Assembly (NCBI GenBank): GCA_027623675.1
Contig: JAQBVF010000042.1
Span: forward strand, 1-13,358
Length of the DNA stretch: 13,358 bases
Direction: 5' to 3'
From: Chloroflexota bacterium
Lineage (GTDB): Bacteria > Chloroflexota > Dehalococcoidia > Lucifugimonadales > UBA3495
This document shows, in pieces, positions 1-7,346 of the stretch. The notes below the pieces were generated by a model. The model had not been told where the DNA came from. It ran no database searches and saw only the letters and a list, made by a program, of their open reading frames with translations. The position numbers and the translations under genes are program-made. How positions within the stretch are numbered: the first letter of the stretch is position 1; every line of letters starts with the position of its first letter.

Positions 1-27
1 CGTTCAGCGCCGCTAGCGTCCACTTGT

Positions 28-56
28 TTGACACACCGGATAAGTCGTTTTACACT
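28..56 (+). promoter_or_regulatory. sigma70-type promoter for the coiled-coil gene
   Basis: TTGACA (28-33), 17-nt spacer, TACACT (51-56); about 120 nt upstream of ATG 179, which has a GAGGGAG SD-like sequence. Confidence 0.7.
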
Positions 57-178
57 CGAACGATGGGTATCAGTATCCCGTATCTGTGGATTAATCAGCC
101 TTTTGAAGGCTCGCGATTGCTCTTATCTATTCATCTATCTAATGGTAGCCAACAGTCTGGCGAGGGAGTGAAGCTCTG

Positions 179-1027
179 ATGGCAGAAAAAAACCAAGGTA
201 CGCAAGGGATCGATGCTGCGGCGCAGGCCGGGGGAACTCCGGCAGAGGGCGACAAGCAGTCGATGCTGCTGAAACTCGCCGAGCGGACCGTCCTGCAGGC
301 CGAGACATTGGCCCAAGAGATTACTGACCACGCCAGGCAAGAGAGCGAAGCCGAGGGCGCGAGGATCATCGCCCAGCACACCGAGCAAGCGAAAGCGGAG
401 GCCCAGCGATTGGTAGAGGCGGCGCAGCGCCGCAGCGAAGAGATCGTCAATGGCGCGATCGCCGAGGCAAGGGCAGACACCGAAAAAACGCTGAAGAAGG
501 CGCAGGCCGACGGCGAAAAGATGCTGAGCAAGGCCCAGGCTGAGAGCGAAAAGATGACTAGCGAGGCCAAAGCCGACAGCGAGAAACTTCTGACCAAAGC
601 TCGGTCGGACAGTGACGAGAGCTTGACCAAAGCCCAGTCCGAGAGCCGGGAGGTACTGGCACGGGCCCGGCAAGACGCTCTGGCCATCGTCAACGCCGCG
701 CAGGCGCGGGCCGAAAGCACCGAATCCAAAGCTAGGCTCAAGGCCGAGTTCATCATCAGGGAAACGACCCAGAACGTCTCCGACGGCGTCCGAGGCGCGG
801 TGATGGAGACCTGCAACAGCCTACTTGCATCGCTGGAACATTTCGAAGAAGAATTCAGCAAGGAGATTGCCGAAGCCCCGGCGTTGGCGGCGGCCGGCGC
901 CACCGTGCCTGGGAACAGTATCTCGGCTCGTAACGAAGAAACGGCCGCCCATGATGGCGACGCACCTGCGATGAACGAGTCTGCCCCCAAGGCCAAGTCA
1001 TCCAACAAGAGGACGGTAATAGCCTAA
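179..1027 (+). CDS. Ala/Glu/Lys-rich coiled-coil protein with 11-residue repeats (DivIVA C-terminal / Scy-like or ATPase peripheral-stalk-like)
   Basis: 282-aa ORF with promoter, SD and downstream terminator. Repeats such as AQADGEKMLSK, AQAESEKMTSE, AKADSEKLLTK. No TM segment and no DivIVA N-terminal RGYxxxEVD motif. Confidence 0.75.
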   Translation: MAEKNQGTQGIDAAAQAGGTPAEGDKQSMLLKLAERTVLQAETLAQEITDHARQESEAEGARIIAQHTEQAKAEAQRLVEAAQRRSEEIVNGAIAEARADTEKTLKKAQADGEKMLSKAQAESEKMTSEAKADSEKLLTKARSDSDESLTKAQSESREVLARARQDALAIVNAAQARAESTESKARLKAEFIIRETTQNVSDGVRGAVMETCNSLLASLEHFEEEFSKEIAEAPALAAAGATVPGNSISARNEETAAHDGDAPAMNESAPKAKSSNKRTVIA

Positions 1028-1072
1028 CCCCGCACGAAGGCGGCGGTCTGCCGACATCGACACCGGAAGCAG

Positions 1073-1117
1073 AAAGGCCCCCGATACGCTTGAATCGTAT
1101 GGGGGCCTTTAGTTTTT
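1073..1117. terminator. Bidirectional intrinsic terminator
   Basis: AAAGGCCCCC-g-ATACG [CTTGAAT] CGTAT-GGGGGCCTTT followed by AGTTTTT, lying between two convergent stop codons. Confidence 0.85.
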
Positions 1118-1176
1118 CCGGATCGTGATGGAATCAGGCCCTTGCCTGTGGGTGGGTGGTCTGCCGGCGACCGAAA

Positions 1177-1956
1177 TCAGTCAACCGCGGATTCCTTATC
1201 ATGATCGGCTTGTTCGGCCGCCGCCTGCAGGTCGGCGGCTTTGGCGAAGTCGCGCTCGGACTCGGCGTACCTGCCCAGGCGATTCAAGGGGACCGCCCGG
1301 TTCTTATAGGCGTCGGCGTAACCGGGGTTGAGTCGAATGGCCACGTTGTAGTCTTTGATGGCACGCTCATACCGGCACAGCATGGTGAGGATGTTTGCCC
1401 GGTTGATATAGGCTTCGATGTTCTCGGGGTCGAGGCGCACCGCCTCATCATAGTCCTGTAAGGCGCGTTCGAGTTGGCCCAGATCATGGTACGCCGCCCC
1501 ACGGTTGTTGTAGACCGCCGAATACTCGGGGTCGATACGCACCGCTTCGTCAAAGTCTTCGATGGCGCGCTCGTGTTGGCCCAGAGCGTGATAAGCGTTG
1601 CCCCGGTTGTTGAATGCCGCGGCGAACTCCGGGTCGATCGCCACCGCTTTTCCGTAGGCGTCGATAGCATTCTCATGCTGCCCCAGAGCGTGATATGCGT
1701 TGCCCCGGTTGTTATGGGCCGAAGCGATCTTCGGGTCGAGTCGGATCGCCTTATCGTAATTCTCTATCGCCTGCTGGTGATTGCCCAGGTCGTGATGAAC
1801 GTTGCCCCGGTCGTTATAGGCCGCCGCAAACTGGGGGTCCAGGCGCACAGCTTCGTCGAAACCGTCCAACGCATTCCCGTATTCACAGAGGGCGTAGTAA
1901 GCTACTCCCAGGTTGTAATAGAATCTAGCGCGTTTCGGTTCAGACGGACTCATCAC
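1177..1956 (-). CDS. Tetratricopeptide repeat protein (7 TPRs)
   Basis: Seven consecutive 34-aa units (the last truncated) of the type AxAYNNRGxAYxxLGxxxxAIxDYDxAIRLDP. Start is GTG 1956 or ATG 1953. Confidence 0.92.
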   Translation of the reverse strand: MMSPSEPKRARFYYNLGVAYYALCEYGNALDGFDEAVRLDPQFAAAYNDRGNVHHDLGNHQQAIENYDKAIRLDPKIASAHNNRGNAYHALGQHENAIDAYGKAVAIDPEFAAAFNNRGNAYHALGQHERAIEDFDEAVRIDPEYSAVYNNRGAAYHDLGQLERALQDYDEAVRLDPENIEAYINRANILTMLCRYERAIKDYNVAIRLNPGYADAYKNRAVPLNRLGRYAESERDFAKAADLQAAAEQADHDKESAVD

Positions 1957-2181
1957 GGCCCCGTACGGATTACTCGACCTACAACTCTATCTTCAAGAAT
2001 ATTCCGGCCTGAGCGTGGGCATCAGGCCCGTTCCAGGTTGCCAGATTCTTCCTGGAACACGTCAATCTTATCCCCGTTCTGGCTTGATTTGCGAGCTTCC
2101 CTCGCGGCTTCACAGTATACCATTCAAACCCCAGATCCCACCGGACATCGGGCATGGAACAACCTCAATCCAACCGGCCTT

Positions 2182-2209
2182 GGAACTTTTTCCGGACGGT
2201 TTCCGTCTA
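2182..2209 (+). promoter_or_regulatory. ECF sigma factor (sigmaE/AlgU-like) promoter for the DUF4349 gene
   Basis: GGAACTT (2182-2188), 16-nt spacer, GTCTA (2205-2209); about 65 nt upstream of ATG 2274. Confidence 0.6.
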
Positions 2210-2273
2210 GCTTAGTAACAGACTTTCGGAGGGCCCGAACGAAACGCGCCCCCGGCAAGAAAAAGGAGACCCC

Positions 2274-3569
2274 ATGAGCCAGTCTGAGACTACGACCAAC
2301 GCCCAAGTCAGGCCCAGAAAGTTACGGGTGCCGTTAAATCGATTCACCTTGCTAGGGATCGCTGCGGTCTCGGTCGTCGCCGCCGCGGTCCTGCTAAGTT
2401 GGATGTTTATCGGCGGGCCGCTCAACAATGATGACGGCACGACGGGAACCACACGGTCCAGTAAAGGCATCTCAGGAGGAGACGGTGGCTTTGCCGCCGC
2501 GACGCCCGCCCCGGCGGCCGCGTCCTGGGACGGAGGCCCGTCGTTAACCGTAACCGGTGAAGACTACAAGTGGCTTCCAGAAAGCGGGGTCGCGCAATCT
2601 CGAGAGGAAGCGCTATCTGCGCAAAGCTCCTATCTTGCAGGTTTAGGCGACAGCCGGCAGATCATCTCCCAGGGCTCGATGTCGGTTGAAGTGCCCAGCG
2701 TACCCGCGGCCGCTGACCGGATCCGGGACATCGCGGAGGGCGCGGGCGGGTTTGTCGAGCAGCTTTCCAGCTACGGGGTGAAGGACGCTCAACAAACCAA
2801 CATGACGGTCCGAGTTCCTCAGCCCAGCTTCTCCTCGGTGTTCGACCAGATCAAGGCGCTGGGCGAGGTCCAAAGCGAGAACACCGGCAGCGAAGATGTG
2901 ACGGAGCAGTTCATCGACTTGGAAGCCCGGCTCAAGAGCGCGCAGCGCGAAGAACTGAGTCTGCTTTCTTTGCTGGACCGGGCAGAGAAGATCAGCGAGA
3001 TATTGATCATCGAGCAGGAGTTGACCCGGGTTCGCACCGAGCTGGAACGGCTGCAAGGCCAATTGAATTTCTTAGAGCGGCGGGTCGATCTGGCAAGCAT
3101 TTCGGTCTTCCTGAGCACGCCCCAGATTGATGAAGGCCAACCGCCTTCCGGGTCGTTGACCGTCGAGCCTTCGGACGTGAGCGGCAGCGTCACCACCATC
3201 AAGGCCCTGGTGGGTCAAGTTGATGGGGAGATCGACCGGGTCTACACCTCGATCCAAGACGGACGCCAAAGGGCGTTGATGACGATCCGCGTGTTCGCGA
3301 AAGACTTCGATGTATTGGTCTCCGCGGTTGAGAGCCAGGGAGGTCTGGTTTCCAAAGAGGTGCAGGAGGGCAAACCTGGAGAGGCGGCGTTAGACGGCTC
3401 CAACCCGAAACCGAACGCCCGCCTGGACATAGTGTTCCAAGACGGCGAATCTTCGACCTTGGGCCGGAACCTGGCAATATTCGTGCCGTTGGGCACCTTT
3501 GCTCTGGTGATCGTACTTGGAGCATTGTTCTACGGTGTGTACCGGATGGGCGTTCGCCGCGGGGATTAA
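2274..3569 (+). CDS. DUF4349 domain-containing membrane protein
   Basis: AAGGAG SD; N-terminal TM helix; DUF4349-like signatures (MTVRVP, SEDVTEQFIDLEARL, ILIIEQELTRVRTELERLQGQLNFLERRVDLASISV); C-terminal TM helix. Confidence 0.88.
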   Translation: MSQSETTTNAQVRPRKLRVPLNRFTLLGIAAVSVVAAAVLLSWMFIGGPLNNDDGTTGTTRSSKGISGGDGGFAAATPAPAAASWDGGPSLTVTGEDYKWLPESGVAQSREEALSAQSSYLAGLGDSRQIISQGSMSVEVPSVPAAADRIRDIAEGAGGFVEQLSSYGVKDAQQTNMTVRVPQPSFSSVFDQIKALGEVQSENTGSEDVTEQFIDLEARLKSAQREELSLLSLLDRAEKISEILIIEQELTRVRTELERLQGQLNFLERRVDLASISVFLSTPQIDEGQPPSGSLTVEPSDVSGSVTTIKALVGQVDGEIDRVYTSIQDGRQRALMTIRVFAKDFDVLVSAVESQGGLVSKEVQEGKPGEAALDGSNPKPNARLDIVFQDGESSTLGRNLAIFVPLGTFALVIVLGALFYGVYRMGVRRGD

Positions 3570-3618
3570 ACTCCAAAGCGGCCCCTGGGCCGGCAAGCTA
3601 TAATCTAGGGCCTAACAA

Positions 3619-3667
3619 ACAAGGGTGCCCTGCCGAACGATGAGGACGGCGGGGCGCCTTTGTCGTT
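3619..3667 (+). other. 17-bp RNA stem-loop (terminator of the DUF4349 gene or structured leader of the LLM gene)
   Basis: ACAAGGGTGCCCTGCCG [AACGATGAGGA] CGGCGGGGCGCCTTTGT, fully paired if three G-U pairs are allowed; TATAAT at 3599-3604 just upstream. Confidence 0.6.
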
Positions 3668-3715
3668 CGATCGGCAAACGCGATCCATCAGAACAAGAGA
3701 TAAGCGAGGCCCAGG

Positions 3716-4675
3716 ATGGCGAACGGCGCGACTTCATTCGGTTACCTGCTCCCAACCCGTGAGGTGGTCATGGCCCCGGGAGACCCAGACTTCGGGTCGA
3801 TGATTGAGCTAGCGGAAGGGGCCGAAGGGAACGGTTTCGACTCGGTCTGGGTCGGCGACAGTATCCTAGCCCGGCCCCGGCTGGAAGCCCTCAGCACCTT
3901 GGCGGCGATCGCCGCGCGCACCCAGCGAGTTAGATTGGGAACCGCAGTGTTCCTGCCGGCGTTGCGGAACCCGGTGGTCCTGGCCAACGAGGTTGCAAAT
4001 CTGGACATCATCTCCAAGGGCCGGGTGACCCTGGGGGTGGGCATCGCCAGCAAGACCCCCGCGGTCGAAAAGGAGTTCAACGCCTGCGGAGTGTCTTTCC
4101 GGCACCGGGTGAGCATCTTTGAAGAGTGCATCGCCGTCATGCGGAAGCTTTGGACGGAGCCAGAGGTCACCCACCAAGGCCGCCATTTTCAACTCGATGG
4201 GGTCACCCTTGGCCTGAAGCCGGTGCAGCAAGGGGGCGTGCCCATCTGGATGGCCGCCAGCGCCGAGAAACCCCAGCGTCGCATGCTCCAGATCGGCGAC
4301 GGCTGGTTCCCCAATTCCCAATCGCCCGAGGCGTTCACCCAGGGATGGCAGCAGATCGAGGGCCTGGCCAAAGAGACCGGCGACGACGCAAGCCGCCTGC
4401 ACAAGGCCCTCTACACCACCCTGAATATCAACGAGGACAAGGCCCAAGCCGACCGCGAGATGCGGGCGTTCATCGAGGGATACTACAACATGCCTTTCGA
4501 GACGATGGCCCGCACCCAGAGCGTATTCACCGGGAACGTCCGAGAGGCCCAGGGCTGGCTGCGAGGATTCATCGCCGCCGGGGTCGAGACATTGGTCATC
4601 CGGTTCGGCGGACCGGACCAGGCGGGGCAACTTGAGCTTTGCAGCAAAGAAGTCCTGCCCGCCGTGCGGGGGTGA
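3716..4675 (+). CDS. LLM-class (luciferase-like) flavin/F420-dependent oxidoreductase
   Basis: Motifs GFDSVWVGDS, LAAIAARTQRVRLGTAV, RNPVVLANEVANLDIISKGRVTLGVG, PVQQGGVPIWMA and GDGWFP; GAGG SD 6 nt before ATG. Confidence 0.93.
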   Translation: MANGATSFGYLLPTREVVMAPGDPDFGSMIELAEGAEGNGFDSVWVGDSILARPRLEALSTLAAIAARTQRVRLGTAVFLPALRNPVVLANEVANLDIISKGRVTLGVGIASKTPAVEKEFNACGVSFRHRVSIFEECIAVMRKLWTEPEVTHQGRHFQLDGVTLGLKPVQQGGVPIWMAASAEKPQRRMLQIGDGWFPNSQSPEAFTQGWQQIEGLAKETGDDASRLHKALYTTLNINEDKAQADREMRAFIEGYYNMPFETMARTQSVFTGNVREAQGWLRGFIAAGVETLVIRFGGPDQAGQLELCSKEVLPAVRG

Positions 4676-4714
4676 ATCCGGCGGCCTAGACGCCTGAAAG
4701 CGTCGTCCCCGCGA

Positions 4715-4742
4715 TTGACATCTGCGCTCCCAGGAATATAGT
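4715..4742 (+). promoter_or_regulatory. sigma70-type promoter for the molybdoenzyme gene
   Basis: TTGACA (4715-4720), 16-nt spacer, TATAGT (4737-4742). Confidence 0.65.
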
Positions 4743-4841
4743 GGGGCCTATCTGGAAAGCGGCCGGCAAAACCCGGCAGCCATTCGACCTAATTCGGAAA
4801 ATCTCATCTTGGACCGCGTGCGCCAGGATCAGGGGATGAAA

Positions 4842-7142
4842 ATGACGACAACCACCAACAGCCAGCAGTCACCGGAAACCAGCAAATACACCGTGGTGGG
4901 CACACGGCCCATCCGCCATGACGGCTTGGACAAGGTTATCGGCGCAGCCAAATACGGCGCCGACATCCAGATGGCGGGCATGCTCCACGGCCGGGTACTC
5001 CGGAGCCCCTACGCCCACGCCCGCATCAAGTCCATCGATACATCCAAGGCTGAGGCCCTGCCCGGCGTCACCGCGGTGGTCACGGCCAAAGACTTCCCCA
5101 TCTTCGCCAACGCCGTTGATTTGGCCGTGGTACAGGGCAACCCCCGGCTGCAGGCCGAACACATCATGGCCCTGAGCAAGGCCCTCTATAAGGGGCACGC
5201 GGTGGCCGCGGTGTCGGCGACCAGCCCTCATATCGCCGAACAGGCATTGGAGCTGATCGAAGTCGATTACGAGGTGTTGAAGCCCGTCCTCAGCATCGAA
5301 GACGCCATGAGGGACGACGCCCCGCTGCTCCATGACGATCTGACCACCTATTTCAAGCTGGAGCGTTTCGCCAGGGGCGACGACACCGGAGCGAAGAGCA
5401 ACATCGCCAGCCACATCCAACACAAGCTGGGCGACGTGGAGAAGGGGTTCCAGGAAGCCGACATCATCGTGGAACGGGAATTCAGGACTCAAACGGTCCA
5501 CCAGGGCTACATCGAGCCCCACGCCTCGACCGCGTCCTGGGCGGGAGACGGCCGGCTGACCATCTGGACCTGCACTCAGGGAGCCTTCGCCATCCGTACT
5601 TCGGTCTCGGCCATACTTGACATACCCGAGTCCGACATCAAAGTGGTTCCCACGGAGATCGGCGGCGGGTTCGGCGCCAAGGCAACCCTTTATCTGGAGC
5701 CTCTGGCCGCCATCCTGTCCAAGAAGAGTGGACGCCCGGTGAAGATCGTCATGACCAGAAAGGGGGTCTTCGAGGGCACCGGCCCGGCTTCGGCGACGCT
5801 GATGCGCACCAAGATCGGCGCAACCAAAGATGGCAAGATAACCGCGGCCCAACTGTGGATGGCCTTCGAAGCCGGCGCATTCCCAGGCTCTCCGGTTGGC
5901 GGCGCGACCCTTTGCGCGACCGGGGGCTACAACATCGAGAACTTGCTGGTCGACGGCTACGACGTGGTCCTGAACAAGCAGAAAGTTCAGGCCTACCGCG
6001 CTCCCGGCCAGCCCCAGGGCGCTTTCTCGGTGGAGCCGGTCATCGACGAACTGGCCGATAAACTGGGTATGGACCCGCTGGACTTCCGCCTGAAGAACGC
6101 CGCCACCGAGGGCGACCGCATGCCCAATGGCGTGCCCCACCCTCGCTTCGGAGTGGTGGAGCTGGAAGAGGCCATGAAGGCCCACGACCACTACAGAACC
6201 CCGCTGTCCGGCCCCAACCAAGGCCGGGGCGTGGCCATCGGCTATCGCTGGCAGGGCGGGCAGGCATCGTCGGCCACCATCGCCGTGAACAGCAACGGCA
6301 CCATCAACCTGATCACCGGCTCGGTTGACATCGGAGGCTCCCGGACGGCGGTGGCCATGCAGGCCGCGGAGATTCTGGGCATCTCCGCCGAAGACGTTTC
6401 ACCCACCGTGGTGGACACCGACCTGGTCGGCTACACCGCCAACACCGGCGGCAGCCGCACGGCCTTCGACACCGGATTCGCCGCCATCAAGGCAGCCGAA
6501 GAGACCATCCGGCTGATGAAGGCCCGCGCCGCCCTGATCTGGGAGGCGGACGAGGCCGACATCACCTTCGACGCCGGGAAATTCATCTGCGGCAGCACTG
6601 AAGACACCATCAGCTTCAAAGACCTGTCGGCCCGCCTGATGCGCACCGGTGGCCCCATAAGCTGCTCGGTTTCCGCGACATCCCCCGGCATCGGTCCCAT
6701 CATCGCAGGCAACCTGGTGGACGTTGAGGTGGACCCGGAGACGGGCAAGGTCGACATCCTCCGCTTCACCGCGTTCATGGACGTGGGCACCGCGGTCCAT
6801 CCCGCCTACGTGGAAGGGCAGATCCAGGGTGGGTCCGTCCAGGGCATCGGCTGGGCCCTGAACGAGGGCTACGTCTACGACGAGAACGGCGGCATGCTGA
6901 ACTCCAGCTTCCTCGATTACCGGATGCCCACCTCGCTGGACGTTCCCATGATCGAGACGGTGATGATTGAAGTGCCCAACCCCAAGCATCCATTCGGACT
7001 GCGCGGCGTGGGCGAGGCGCCCATCATTCCCCCGCTGCCCGCCTTGGCCAACGCCATCACCGACGCCATCGGTGTCCGCATGACCATCCTACCCATGACC
7101 CCCGATGTCATATTGGACGCGATACAGTCTAAAAACGGGTAA
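4842..7142 (+). CDS. Xanthine dehydrogenase family molybdopterin-binding (large, CoxL/CutL-like) subunit
   Basis: Motifs LRSPYAHARIKSID, HQGYIEPH, IGGGFGAK, AYRAPG, VEVDPETGKV, VEGQIQGG, FLDYRMPT and GVGE (catalytic Glu). Start placed at ATG 4842 (AGGGG SD, 6-nt spacing); the ORF is open from 4809. Confidence 0.93.
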   Translation: MTTTTNSQQSPETSKYTVVGTRPIRHDGLDKVIGAAKYGADIQMAGMLHGRVLRSPYAHARIKSIDTSKAEALPGVTAVVTAKDFPIFANAVDLAVVQGNPRLQAEHIMALSKALYKGHAVAAVSATSPHIAEQALELIEVDYEVLKPVLSIEDAMRDDAPLLHDDLTTYFKLERFARGDDTGAKSNIASHIQHKLGDVEKGFQEADIIVEREFRTQTVHQGYIEPHASTASWAGDGRLTIWTCTQGAFAIRTSVSAILDIPESDIKVVPTEIGGGFGAKATLYLEPLAAILSKKSGRPVKIVMTRKGVFEGTGPASATLMRTKIGATKDGKITAAQLWMAFEAGAFPGSPVGGATLCATGGYNIENLLVDGYDVVLNKQKVQAYRAPGQPQGAFSVEPVIDELADKLGMDPLDFRLKNAATEGDRMPNGVPHPRFGVVELEEAMKAHDHYRTPLSGPNQGRGVAIGYRWQGGQASSATIAVNSNGTINLITGSVDIGGSRTAVAMQAAEILGISAEDVSPTVVDTDLVGYTANTGGSRTAFDTGFAAIKAAEETIRLMKARAALIWEADEADITFDAGKFICGSTEDTISFKDLSARLMRTGGPISCSVSATSPGIGPIIAGNLVDVEVDPETGKVDILRFTAFMDVGTAVHPAYVEGQIQGGSVQGIGWALNEGYVYDENGGMLNSSFLDYRMPTSLDVPMIETVMIEVPNPKHPFGLRGVGEAPIIPPLPALANAITDAIGVRMTILPMTPDVILDAIQSKNG

Positions 7143-7346
7143 AGGCAGAGCGAAACACCCGGTACAACCAGGACCTGGAAAACGATCACTCGTGCATCGG
7201 ACCGATTGATTCCAAACGACGGACCGGACCGAACCAATGGCAGCCAAAAGTTGGGACCCCCGCTCGGAGCCGGTTCGCGGGCCCCGGCTACCCCTTGCGA
7301 CCTAGAGTTGGCCGTTGGCGTAATTGCCAAGGCGGGGCGGTAGTCG

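Noticed and set aside
139..1008. 289-aa and 180-aa antisense ORFs over the coiled-coil gene
   Set aside because: Shadow ORFs of a repetitive GC-rich gene; Ser/Leu/Ala-biased with no motifs, while the + gene has a promoter, SD and terminator.
179..1027. Assigning divIVA or atpF
   Set aside because: No DivIVA N-terminal motif, no TM anchor and no dcw or atp operon context.
3636..3680. Hammerhead ribozyme (GATGAG in the loop)
   Set aside because: The core needs CUGAUGA plus GAAA and three stems; the sequence has ACGAUGAG inside a simple loop.
4745..4841. Moco riboswitch upstream of the molybdoenzyme gene
   Set aside because: Only short hairpins are visible and I cannot match the conserved multi-stem core; an Rfam scan would settle it.
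4869..6221. 450-aa antisense ORF (likewise 1474-2277, 3866-4630, 8924-9856 and 6917-7678)
   Set aside because: They lie opposite well-supported genes, as expected from high-GC codon bias, and show no recognisable domains.
4842..7142. Calling the Mo subunit coxL (aerobic CO dehydrogenase)
   Set aside because: The loop is AYRAPG, not AYxCSFR or AYxGAGR, and no coxM/coxS or accessory cox genes are adjacent.
7198..7235. Short GGACC/GAACC direct repeats and small hairpins between the Mo subunit and MFS genes
   Set aside because: Too short and irregular for a CRISPR, iteron or terminator call.
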